This document shows positions 34,973 to 47,356 of a stretch of 64,000 bases of DNA, piece after piece. The position numbers were made by a program, and so were the translations under genes. Under the pieces are notes generated by a model. The model was given only the letters and a program-made list of their open reading frames with translations. It had not been told where the DNA came from and ran no database searches. The DNA is from Eledone cirrhosa. Taxonomy: Eukaryota. Every line of letters begins with the position of its first letter. Position 1 is the stretch's first letter. The stretch is from positions 153,698,001 through 153,762,000 of the forward strand of contig OZ024743.1 in the NCBI GenBank assembly GCA_964016885.1. The letters run 5' to 3'.

Positions 34973-37900
34973 AGTTGCATTTATCTTGCTTTATGTTCAT
35001 ACGAGTTATCACCAAGTTACAACCAGTGACCTTAAGAGACAACAAGGTCTGCCATGTTCAAGAAAGGACATACATATTCACACATGCATCTTTAGTGTTT
35101 AGACTTGTGATGTACTTATATTGACAGAATCTTCCTTAGTATATGGGCAGTTCCCATTAGTACTATCTTTTGTATTTCTCCTATACGCGGGTTTCCTGGG
35201 ATTTGCGATAAGTAATCATTAGACCCCTTAGGTATCATTCCCAGAGCGCCTACAACCACTGGTATTGTTTTAGTTCTCAATTTCCACATTTTTCCAATTT
35301 CTATCTCCAGGTCCTTATACTTGCTCAATTTTTCAAATGTTTTTATAGATACATTCTTGTCTATTTGAACAGACATATCAATTAGCAGGCATACCCTCTT
35401 TTGAAAGTCCTTCAATATTATATCAGGTCTATTTGCATCTATTTTTCGGTCTGTTTGGATGCTAAAGTTCCACAAGATTGAGATGTGATCTTTTTCAAGT
35501 ATGGATGGTGGTTGATGCTCCCACCAATTCTTTTGATGGGGCAGGTCAAAATGCTTACACATTATCCAATGTATGTATTGTGCAGCTCTGTCATGCCTGT
35601 TTAGGTATTCGGTTGGAGCTATAGGACTGCACATTGAAATTATATGGTCAATGGTCTCTGGTTGTTTTTTGCATACACGGCATAATGGGCTGCACCCAAT
35701 TTTTATTATGTTGGCTTGGTAATTTTTTGTTGGCAGACACTGATCTTGTGCCGATATAATCAGTCCTTCAGTCTCCGATTTCAGTCCAGAGGATGCCAAC
35801 CACTGATGGGTTAAATTTTTGTCAACATCAGTATTGTTAGCTCGCTCTGGGTATTTTCCATACAGAGGCTTTTCTTGCCATTTCTTAGCCAGTTTCTGTA
35901 GCAGTTCTTTCTTTGCAGTTACTTTTACCTGCTTTGCTTTTTCTGTGTTTTCCATTTCAGCAGTAAATGGGACTTCTGAAATTTGTAGTCCATTACTGTA
36001 TCTTTGTGCATCTTTTGTAATGGAATATGATCTTTTGATGCTTTCGTGTTTCAAAACGAGTTTGATCATCCAATCATGTGATTCCCTTAGACATGTAGAT
36101 AATCCAATTGTTGCAGTTTTCAACGCAATGTCTAACTGGATTAACCCACGTCCTCCTTCTTTCCTAGGGAGATATATTCTATCTATATCTGCCTTAGGGT
36201 GATGCATTCTGTGCATGGTTAAGAATTTTCGAATTTTTGTATCGAGCCTACGGATCTCTGTGCTTGACCAGTTGATGACATTGTAACTGTAGGTTACTAC
36301 TGGTATGGCAAGCGTGTTTATGGCATCGATCCTATTCCTGGCATTCAATTCCGTTCTTAAGATTGCTCTTACTCTGCCGTAACATTCCTTCCTTATCCTT
36401 TCCCTCATTGTCGAGTGCTTGATTCCGTCTCCTTCATAAACACCTAGATATTTGTAAGTTTTTTCTTGATCAAGTTCTCTTATCACGTTCCCCCGATCAA
36501 GATTAATGTCTGAACTCTTCAGCAGCTTTCCTCTGGTGAACGTTGCTTTGGCGCATTTATCTAGTCCAAACTCCATTTTAACGTCATCACTGAACTGCTT
36601 CACAGTGGATAATAGCCCTTGCAATTGTCATCATTTTTTGCAAATAGTTTCAGGTCATCCATGTAGAACAGGTGATTAATGGTTTTGTCATAGACTTTAT
36701 ATCCATGTTTTGTTTCATTGAGCATTTTACTTAATGGTATAAGTGCGATGCAGAATAAAAGCGGTGATAAAGAGTCACCCTGAAAAATTCCACAATTAAT
36801 ATTAACTTCTCCAGCTTCCAGTGATTTTGTTTCACTATTCAAACTGAATGACAAAAACCTCCTGACAACGGGGTATATTTTGAAAATCTCTAAACATTTT
36901 TCAATCCAACTGTGTGGCAAACTATCGAATGCTATTTTATAATCTATCCAAGCAATCGATAGATTTTTGTGTCTATTATGACAATCTTCCAGTATCATTT
37001 TGTTAACCAAAAGCTGATCCTTACAGCCATATGAGCCTCGTTTACACCCTTTCTGCTCAATGGGAAATAGGTCATTTGTTATCAGGTGGTCATATGTGTA
37101 TTCAGTTAGGACTGATGTTAAAATGTTATACATTGTGGTCAAGCAAGTTATCGGTCTGTAATTTTTGGGATTGTTTGTCTCATCATTCTTCGGAAGCAGG
37201 AATGTAATGCCGTTAACTAGCCATGATGGTATCTTTTCTGGCTCCTTAACTATTTCATTGTAAAGTTGGGCTAACAGCTCATGAGACTCTGTGAAGGCAT
37301 TTATCCAAAAGTTTTGTATTTTGTCTTTTCCTGAGGATTTCCATTTGCTGGTTTTTCTTAGAGCCAAGCGCAACTGTTCAACTGTTATATTTTCCCATGT
37401 TTGTTCCTCAAGCTGAGCTGTATCTTTCATTTGTCTGTCTATCCATGGGGCATGTATGTTATGAGCTTTTTCTTCGGCCCAGATCTTTTCCCAGAATTCT
37501 TGCACTTCCTCCTTGGGTGGTATTGATTTAGCAGTTATTGTTGAGTTACCAATTTTTCTGTAGAAGTTTCTTTGGTTGTTTTTGAATATATTATTGTCCT
37601 TATAGAATCTAGATCGTTTTTCAAAGCGCCTTATACGAGCAGCTTTGGTCGACACTTTTTGCTTGATTATTTCTATCAGCATGTCTATGTCACATGTTGA
37701 TTTTATACTGTACTTTTTTTTTAATATTCTAAGTTTAGTTTGTTTAACATGTTCACCTACTTTATAGTTTGTTAAAATTTCTATGTCAGATCGGAGAAGG
37801 TTTATTTGGCGATTGATGTTCTCTTGCCAAGTAGATTTCTTGTTGGAATTCCTTTGTTTTTTCATCTTCACTCCACATAAGTGAGTGGTGACTTTAGCCG

Positions 37901-38306
37901 ATGCATAATAGAGATGATTTAAATCAGTAATGTTTAGTTTGTTTGTGATGATAATGTTTTTGAGAATTATGTTAGTCTTGTGTATTATCTTTTGGTTCTG
38001 TTTGGAGTTCTGGATCTTAGGGAGGGTGTCTCGTTGCCCCATGTCAGATTCTTTCATTTTCATCCATTCGATCATAATTTCATCCTTCAAGTTGGCAAGT
38101 TCATTCTCATTCATTTCTTTATCATTTACGATCTCATTATTTTCATTTGGAGTTTCATCCTGAGCATGCACTCCCTCCACTTTTTCGATCCTTTCTTTAA
38201 TTTGTTCTGTTTCCAGTGCTTCCGCCCCAACCCTGGGGTTCGAAGTGTTACAGTTTACCTCGTTTTCACTGACACATGTTTCATTTTCCCTTCGCTGATT
38301 TTGTGC
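34971..38306 (-). mobile_element. Near-intact R4/Dong-like LINE, family gamma (5'-truncated)
   Basis: ORFs 36600-38180 (526 aa: [37 protein letters not shown]) and 35116-36624 (502 aa: CRVC..H..C, RHD, RPD..LIDMS..K..KY) are separated by one frameshift. Confidence 0.95.
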
Positions 38307-38308
38307 TA

Positions 38309-38350
<42 letters not shown>

Positions 38351-38548
38351 GGCTACCTACGTAGTAAATCGTATCATCGTGAGCTCCGCAAAGGTTTGTT
38401 ATTTCCGTTTGTTAAAAATTGCCATTTATGGAAAATTTTTATATATAAGCGCACATACATTGTTTTCCGAAAAGGACACCCAAAAAGATTGGGCCTTGTG
38501 CCCAAAATTTAAACTTTTATGATTATAAAAAAATTTCTTTGAAAAAAA

Positions 38549-40418
38549 ATGCCTAATTCACCTCTGCACCAAGCAGCTGAAAGCCTTTCTCACAAATTAA
38601 CACCTCACACCGACACCACCATTGTAAATGTTACTACGTTTGCCAACACTACAAAAAATATAAGCAGTAGCAATATTTTAAATTTGTCTCAGGCAGACAT
38701 TCATTTCCCGCCATTACCAATGGCTGCAGGTGTTAAAGCCTCCACCACCACCACCACCGCGACAACCACCACCCCCACCACCACCACAACTCAAACTAAA
38801 ATTAATATTGACACAAATAACGATAGCAACAACAACAACAATGATATTATAAAAACTACCCTCAGTTTTGCCAGAGTAGCAAAACAGTTCGAAGCATTTA
38901 CGGTAACTCAGGAGGATTTAGAAAATGGCAAACAAATAGTAAAGAAAGATGGGTACAGGGTCAGCCTCACCCCCCACCTAATAAAATGGAGCATCGGCGC
39001 CTATGCACCGTGTCGTATCGAACAATAAATGTAAAATCGCGCCGAGTGGAACGGGCATCCGAGTCCCAAATCCAAAAAGCTTTGGGACATGTGTGGGCAA
39101 GAAAAACCCACATCAGACGTGGGCAGAAGTATGGAACCGTGGACGTGTTCTTTGAAACACCAGAGGAGGCTAGAGAACACTCCATGGCCCCATTAAGAAG
39201 TGACGACTTCACACTCGTCCCAAGCTATTGTGGCCAGAGACTCGTAAAGATCAGGGTGACCCACTTTCCACCGGCCATCGAAATTCCCTGGCTAATAGCG
39301 GCCGTCCTCGCCGGCATCGAAGCCAACACAAAAATAATAGCAATCGCAAAAGAAAAGCAGGAGAACTGGTCCGGATCTGGGATGGAGCTCCTGATCCAAT
39401 CGGACCAAAAAAGCATTGAGGAGATCCCAGAGGTAATAGACCTCACTGACGGCAGCCACCTCACGGTAATTGTCGAGGAGAGAAGACCTAGGTGTGTCGT
39501 TTGTGGTGAAGGAACCCACCTAAGGGCTTTCTGCCCTCAGGCTAAAAGGTTGAGGCCACCTCTCCTACCCACCCCAGTGACACAACCCTCAACACCACCA
39601 GTAGCAGAGATAGTAGCAACAACTGTAGCAGCAACAACAGAAGCAACTATAACAGCAACAACCCCAGCAACAGTAGCAAAACCAACACCACCACCACCAC
39701 CAGCAAAACCAACACCACCACCACCCAACACTTCAGAACTAGCACCAGCGCCTACACCATCCACCACGCCACGAGCAAATCTAACGCCTGTGGAGGATTT
39801 TCCACTCCCCGGCCTATCACAACTGGAGACAGATTGTGACGACGAGGAGTGGGAAAACAAAAGAAACCAAAAAAGAAAAAATTCTCTTCCTTCCCTCTCC
39901 AAAAACAAAATACAGAGGGAAACAAATAAATTAAGAAACAAAAAAGTTAGGACAGATATGCCACCATCCACACCAGCATCACCAACCCCATGAACCCAAA
40001 CACCAACACCATCACCATCATTAACCCCAACACCACCATCACCTACACCACAAAAGTCACCAAAATGCGAAACAGAAACAAACCCACAACAAACGCAAAC
40101 AAAACAAAACAACCAAAACGATACACACTACACAGCATTAAATTTGAACAACAAGCAATTATTACACTACATCCAACACAACACCAGCTTCACAGAAAAA
40201 GACTACACAACAACCCCAAAATTCACACCACCTCCACACATACAAATCACTCGCATCACACAGAAAACGTACATGACACTAAAAAAAAATTCCCCAAAGA
40301 CATCGGAGACTTCCGACAAGCACTCTCCAGGAGGATTTATAAGGACATCCTTCCTGAGGAGGCCACAATCAGTGAAAAGGATGGAAAAACCGTCCTTCCC
40401 CTACGAGAAGTAAGGTAA
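38549..40418 (+). pseudogene. Tx1-C ORF1 (CVVCGEGTHLRAFC knuckle), frameshifted
   Basis: ORF pieces 38549-39028, 38986-39993 and 39990-40418. Confidence 0.8.
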
Positions 40419-40443
40419 GTGGTCTTTTCCACTCCTTTTCAAC

Positions 40444-43400
40444 ATGACCTCACTCAGAATAGGCAGCATAAATGCGCGTGTCTTGGGGTCGTCATGGAAG
40501 CAGGGCCACCTGCTCAACGACCTCAGGTCACTAAACATAGATGTAGTGGCCATCAGCGAGACCAGAATCTCCGAAGTACAGGCCTTCGCACCGATCTTCG
40601 AAGGCTACGATGTGTACGCATCTCCCAGCCGTCCGGGATCGAGGGGAGGAGTTGCTGTGCTTTTTCGGAGAGGTTTGGATCTTGCCATACGGGCCATCTT
40701 CCTGGACCCAGAAGGTAAGTTGGTGGTGCTGGACGTGACCAGCGGAGACGGGCAAGCTTTCAGGTTAGTGGCCGTCTATGCCCCGACAGGAGCAGGGCGG
40801 CCTGATTTCTTCCGGCGTCTGGAGACCTTTCTTGGAACGTCCCGCTCTTTAGTGTTAGTGGGCGACTGGAACGGGATCTTAGATGCACGCTGGGATTGTG
40901 TGGGATTAGTGGATAGGGAAGGAGGGTGCAAGAGTCTCACCAACCTGCTCAGACGTTTTGAACTGTCTGACAGGTACCGAATGGATTTCCCGAATGTACC
41001 AATGTGGACTTGGACAAATCGCATAGGGTCATCCAGATCATATCTAGATAGAGTATTTTGTAGGGAAATAGATAGGTCTAGCATAGGCTGTCCACAATTC
41101 AAGATAGTCAGCTACACGGACCACAAATTCGTGATCTATGTGCTTGACTTAGATAGGCTTCATAGACGAGGACCCGGCTACTGGAAGCTAAACGCGTCCT
41201 TACCAGCGCGCAAGGCCTAAAGAGACCGGATTAGCGAACTAGTTAAGCGGGCGTTGACCGGGGCCATCGTCAACAACAAGTGGTGGTTTGCTCTGAAAAG
41301 AGCAATTAGAATAGAGTCCATTAGGTTTAGTAAGACTTTAGCAATAGAGAAAAATAGAGCAGAGGGAGAATTAGTTAGAAAATTAGATGAGGCGCTTAGC
41401 AAAGGCATCGCGATCGACGTACTTGCGGCGAAATTGGCCCTTGACCAATTCTTCAATGCAAAGCACGAAGGCTGCGTTGTCAGAGCTAGGGTGCGTGCTC
41501 TCAGACACGAGGGGACGAAAGCCGTTCAATGGGCCCGAGTGGCGGAGGCGCGTCGTGGCAACAAAGCCACGATCCGGTCATTGGTGGACCACGACGGGCG
41601 CATACTACTCGATCCCGGACAAATGTGTGAAGCTTTTCAGCGACACTTCGCTCAACTGTTTGGGGGCAGTGGCAGGCCGGATCGAGGGATGGACTTTAGT
41701 GTCTACCTCGACGGACTGCCGCGGCTTTCGGCCACTGAGGCGGAGTGTTGCGAAAAGCCGATAACAACCGCTGAAGTACAGGATGCAATGACTAGTTGCA
41801 CAAGGGGTAAATCGCCTGGTTTGGATGTTCTACCCTATGAAATTTACGTACAAATTCCAGACTTGTTCGGAGGCCTCTTGGCGGACGTCTACTGCAACTA
41901 GCAACAGAATCGGAGAATTCCCAGCTCTGTGAGCCGAGGAGCGGTGGCGCTGCTGAGAAAGGATGCGAACAGTGGGATAACATAAATAATTTTAGGCCCA
42001 TAACTCTGCTAAACACAGAGTTCAAGATTTTGGCCAAGGTGCTAGCAAAGAGGTTGGTGCTTGTCGTTGGTGGTCTGGTGGGAGAGGCACAGACATGCGC
42101 CATTCCCGACAGATCCATCCACGACAACCTCCACCTCATGCGATACATCGTAGAGAGGGTAGCTAGGGAACCTGGCACGGGTGGGTCTTTGATCAATTTA
42201 GATCAGTCGAAAGCCTTCGATATGGTCGATCATCGTTACCTAGCGGCAGTCCTGAGGGCGGCTGGCTTTTGTCCCGTCTTCAGAGGCTGGATCGCTGCCA
42301 TGCACAGCGACATCTGGTCTGTAGTGAGAGTGAACGGTCACCTTTCGGAACCATGCAACATCATGCGCTCGGTCCGCCAAGGATGTCCCCTCTCGTCCCT
42401 ATTGTACGTATTGACTCTCGAGCCATTACTGCACAAACTGGAGACGTTGAGGGGGTCCGGCGCGAACTAGGATGCGGAAGATCGGTGTCAGCATATGCCG
42501 ACGATGTCACCGTAGTGGTGTCGAACGCCAAACACATCGAGGCGATCGGCACTACACTAAGAGAATACGAAGCGGTGACAGGAGCAATGATCAACCAGGA
42601 AATGTCAGTGGGCCTGCAGCTCGGCACCTGGAGAGGCAGGTCCATGCCGTCCAACAGCGTCGTCGGGCGCTGGACGGACGGACCGGTTAAATTGCTAGGG
42701 GTCTGGTTCAGTCCAGACCTCCAGACGGACAAAAACTGGGACGAGGTGACGAGCAGGGTGGCTTCTCTCACCCAGAAATGGGCCGAGAGGAAGCTATCCC
42801 TGAAAGGTCGAGCGGAGGTGGCGAATGCGTACATCGCATCCGTCATCTACTACCGCCTGACCGTCGTACTTGTCCTAAGCCCCGCCTGACTGCGCTGGAG
42901 CGTTTGCTCTTTCGCTTCTTGTGGAAGGGACGCGCTCCGATGGTCAGGCGGTCCATCTGCTGTCAACACCCGCTACGTGGAGGGCTGGGCAGGCCGTGGC
43001 TGATGGTGCGCAGACACGCGCTCAGGCTACGAAATCTCCACCTCTTCCTCGACGGTGATCAGGTGTGGTCGCCGTTTGCTAGACACGTTTTTCCCCAGCT
43101 CGAAGACCGAGAGGGAGCGCCTGGAGACTGGAATGTCTTCAGGCGCTCACATCCCTCGGCCAATCGGGCAATGTGATCGGTGGAAACTCCACCTTGGCGT
43201 TCTATAGGGGATTAGTGGAGGGGAAGAGCGACGACGTACTTGGAGAAACTCTAGGCGTCGATGAAAATCAACTAGCCAATCTCTTCGGAAGGACTTTCGG
43301 GCCAGGGCCTATGGACAACTTCCAGAAATCCCTGACCTGGCAGTGCTACCGGGGAGCTTTGCCAGTTCGGGATAAACTCTACAAGCATGGACGTGCCGTC

Positions 43401-43826
43401 AGCCGGGCATGTCCGAGATGCGCGCAGGGCGACGAAACCGTCCTGCACGCACTCGTCCAGTGTCCGAGCATTGCTGACTTGTGGGTTTATGTCGAACACC
43501 TGCTGTCACGTGTAGGACGGATCCTGCTATCAGCTGAGTCCATCGTGAGGATTGCCCCGGCCCCTTCCTTTAGCCGGGAAGGGAAGGCAGTTTTTATCTG
43601 TTTGGTGGCCATGGCGAAAGAGATAGTATGGTGGACACGTTTGAAAGGGCTGAAGACGAGCACTTACCTCTTCGGTGATGCCCTGATTAACTTTTTCAAA
43701 TTTGATTTGAAAAGGAAAATCAGAGTAGAAAGGGAAATGCTCTCTTCCCAGCATTTTGTTGAAAGATGGGTGAGAGAAGCAAGTATGGCCCGAATGAATG
43801 GGCCTACTCTGAGTATGTGTCTGTAA
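40444..43826 (+). pseudogene. Tx1-C ORF2 (APE-RT-CCHC) with stops and frameshifts
   Basis: The 258-aa APE is uninterrupted (SINAR, SETR, VYAPT, GDWN, YLDR, TDHK, GPGYWKLN). RT and CPRC..H..C follow in later pieces. Confidence 0.93.
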
Positions 43827-44066
43827 ATTAAGGGTGGAAAACTGGGAGAGGGCACTTGCCTTGGTGGTCAGGGTCACTGTGGTCTTTTAATGGGCTTTCT
43901 CCACAAATGTCCCTCGGAAGTCTCCCCCCTATTGGGGAATATTTCTTTGTTATTTTATTTCACCCTGTGTTTTTTACACGCAGAAATGCCCATTTGTACC
44001 GTCCTGTTTTAACCTGCACTGTCCTTAATGTCTACTTTATGTAAACCCTTGTGGTTAATAAAGAAA

Positions 44067-44099
<33 letters not shown>

Positions 44100-44100
<1 letters not shown>

Positions 44101-44340
44101 GGCGGTGGATTGGCAGTATCAGTACTGCGTCAGACAACTTGTTATACGGCCAAAGAGTTACAGCCCTTTATGTTCTGAGTTCAAATCCTGCCAAGGTTAG
44201 CATTTCTTTTCATCTTCAAGGGGTTGATAAAATAAAATACCAGTAATGCACAGTTGTCGATATGATCGACTTTCCCCTCCTCCCCCCCCAAAAAAAAATT
44301 GCTGACTTTGTGCCTATAGTAGAAATCATTATTATTCTTA
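44100..44340 (+). mobile_element. tRNA-derived SINE (diverged variant)
   Basis: GGCGGTGGATTGGCAG head, GAGTTCAAATCC B-box, central domain, tail TTTGTGCCTATAGTAGAAATCATTATTATT. Confidence 0.85.
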
Positions 44341-44344
44341 TTAG

Positions 44345-44546
44345 GGCGGTGGATTGGCAGTATCGGTAGAGGGTCGGTCACCATGCTGTGACGCATAGAG
44401 TTACGGCCCTTGCCATTCTGGGTTCAAATCCCGCCGAGGTTAACTTTGCCTTTCATCCTTACGGCGTCGATGAAATAAAGTACCATTAATGTACCGGGTA
44501 ATTGCTGGCCCTGTGCCAAAAGTAGAAACAATTATTATTATTATTC
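44345..44546 (+). mobile_element. tRNA-derived SINE, full length
   Basis: Near-identical to 18223-18410, with a (TTA)n tail. Confidence 0.9.
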
Positions 44547-45382
44547 CTGAGAAGGTTGTGGTGGCAGTGTTCTCAGAAAACCCTACCAAAAGGGCCTAAC
44601 TTAACTTTGCACAGTTAATACTGTAAATTACTGCAGTTGCTGTAAATAGAAAATATTGATGAAATTCCCGTTGCAAAATATCATAAATTTGAAATAAGTA
44701 TCTTTGTAGGAAAGAATATTTGAGAAAAACTACCATTCTTCTTACAAATATGTTGCTAGTTGCTTCTATCATATCTAAGAGCCAGATGATGGTACAGAAC
44801 AGATTGATGGACTAACTGTACTAAAATAAAAAAAGGAGATGAAGCCAGTGTAATTAACAGGAGCACACAGAGAAAAAAAATAGTGTTCTTTGCATAGACT
44901 ATCATAGATAATTAGATTTACACCAAGGGAGCCTCTCACTATTTTAAAATAAAAGTTACGAAATTACAGAAAACGCAATTATATTTGATAGGTATACTTT
45001 TGTACGTTTCTGTTTAACAAGGAGTTGAGTCTAATGTACAATCAGTGAGGTCCACTGTTAATATATATATATATGTTAGGAGGTGATTTGCGGTGGTTAT
45101 TCTCACCAATGGTGTTAGTTACAAAACAGAAACTGCCAATCATCTCATAGGTGGTGGTCTAGAACCCAGGTTGATAGTTACTATAAAAGTTTACACATTT
45201 GTAGGTGATAAAGATTGTAAATAATGTTGACTACTTTAAAGCTGATTGATTGTAACATTTAATTTCTTTGTAGCAACTTATTGTGACTAGAAATGTTAAC
45301 TATATCACATGTATATATATATATGTATGTGTGTGCATATATATGTGTATGTGTATGTATATAGATATGACTGTATATATAT

Positions 45383-45713
45383 TGTTATATTTGGGGAGGG
45401 TCATATTTGCGTAATATTGCCAGAATTAATAACAGAACACACTCACTGTTTGGTTGGTTTTCGCTTCTCGCTGTCTTTTATATATATATATCTGCGATCT
45501 AACTTACTCGGTCCTCAATGTTGCCATTGACTGACCGGCGGTCAAAAATAATACAGATACAATATAGACACAAACACATATATATAGTTTACATAATTTA
45601 CATTATTAATAACAGAACACACTCACTGTTTGGTTGGTTTTCGCTTCTCGCTGTCTTTTATATATATATATCTGCGATCTAACTTACTCGGTCCTAACTT
45701 CATCGCCACTGTA
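45383..45713 (-). repeat. LTR-like remnant with a 90-bp direct repeat (45426-45515 and 45606-45695)
   Basis: The direct repeat is visible. On the minus strand TACA-G-TGGCGATGAAG resembles an LTR end plus PBS, and the sequence ends ...ATAACA. Confidence 0.4.
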
Positions 45714-45740
45714 TATATATACACATAATATATATATCAT

Positions 45741-45811
<71 letters not shown>

Positions 45812-45896
45812 CATCATCATCATCATCATTATTTAACAATCACTTTCCATGCTAGCAAAGATTGGACACACAGACACACGCATACACACACACACA

Positions 45897-45957
<61 letters not shown>

Positions 45958-45959
<2 letters not shown>

Positions 45960-46078
45960 GAAGGCGTGTGGCTGAGAGGTTAGAGAATTGGATTCGCAAT
46001 CGTAAGGTTGTGAGTTCGATTCATGGACCAGGCGATGCGTTATGTCCTTGAGCAAGACACTTTATTTGACGTTGCTCC
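45958..46078 (+). mobile_element. Truncated tRNA-derived SINE of a second family (CORE-like)
   Basis: TGGCTGAGAGG A-box and GAGTTCGATTC B-box, followed by TGTCCTTGAGCAAGACACTT. Confidence 0.7.
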
Positions 46079-47356
46079 TTCTACCTGGAGTTGCGACCGA
46101 TAGATAGTACTAGCAATTGGAAAGACCAACGGAAACATTGCTCCCTCGGTCCGATTTGACGAAAGTCGATCGTTCCTTTAAAATATATATATATACACTA
46201 TAAAACTATAAATATTGCAAAGTTTTGATTACTGCTTTATATCTGATCTGCATTGTAAGTACTGTTTCTGTATCAGATGTATATGATAGTAATTAAAGAG
46301 GACTCAACCATATTGATCACTGATGTAGCGACATTAACACTAATTAAACAGTATGAAACCTGAGTTGATTTACAACGTGAATAAAAGTAATACTAAAAAA
46401 TGTTTTATTTGAAATTAGAATTTGAAATGTTATATAAAAAAGTACTAGTAACATCACCAGGGCTGGATTTAGACATTGTGGGGCCCAGGGCACTTCACGT
46501 TTTGGGGCCCCCTCATACATAAAGGATTAGAATACACACAAAGTAATTGGAATTGAAAATACATACAGGTATTAAATTTTTAAAAAATGTACTCATCCTC
46601 ATTTTACATCGACTTTCCATTCTGGCAAGTATTGGACTGGTTGTTGCAGTCCAAGACTAGTTATATTGGTATCTATGGTTGATGCCCTTCCTAACATAAC
46701 CACTTTAGAGTGTTTATTGGATTCATTGTTTTTGCGATGCCAGCACTAACCACTTTACACAACATGAATAAGTTTTATTAGAATATTGTTCTAATAAACA
46801 ACCTAATGTCTGTAGGGTTGAGAACATTTGATGATATTAAATATTTTGTTAAAAATATGGTTCTTGTTGTCAAAAGGATAAAACTAAAAAAGCCCAGCAG
46901 AGGACACAAATAAATTGGCATGTCCATCTCTGGTGGAGCCCTCCAGAAATTAGTTTATTATCATACCTCTCCTCAGCATAAGCCTGAAATATTTCTACTG
47001 TATAGTGGACCCTAGATCTCATTTCACCCCCCACCAGCACACCTTACAAAGTTGACTTGTGGGGTGAGGGTTATTACCTACATTTTTGTGATAAAAGTTC
47101 CCATCTCCACACACAATTCATCAATATAGTATATACATTTGTAGCGCTCTTTAGACAAAGGGAAGTAGCCAGAGTTACTTCCCGTAGAATTTCTAGAATA
47201 CTCCTTGAACTTTCGTTCCAGAGATTATTAAAGAAGGAGCAAAGGACAATCTGCCTCTCTTTTACCAGCATGCTCTAGAACGGAAGTTCAAGAAGTATTC
47301 TAGAAATTTTACGGGAACTAACTCTGGTTACTTCCCTTTGTCTAGAGAGCGCTACA

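Larger units (their letters stand above)
38351..44099 (+). mobile_element. Full-length Tx1-clade LINE, subfamily C
   Basis: Bounded by (ATT)n at 38307-38350 and 44069-44099. ORF1 38549-40418, ORF2 40444-43826. Confidence 0.95.

Noticed and set aside
38488-38527. SINE-tail-like GGGCCTTGTGCCCAAAA..TATGATTAT in the Tx1-C 5' region
   Set aside because: The match is short and has no SINE body, so a remnant cannot be distinguished from chance.
8039-43877. Long ORFs antisense to LINE ORFs (e.g. 13994-14479, 17294-18019, 22340-22849, 42361-42846)
   Set aside because: They are shadow frames of Tx1/Dong coding strands. They recur only because the elements are repeated and show no independent domain motifs.
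46457-46515. hAT-like terminal sequence CAGGGCTGGATTTAG...GGGGCCC
   Set aside because: No partner end, TSD or transposase was found, so it is too weak to call.
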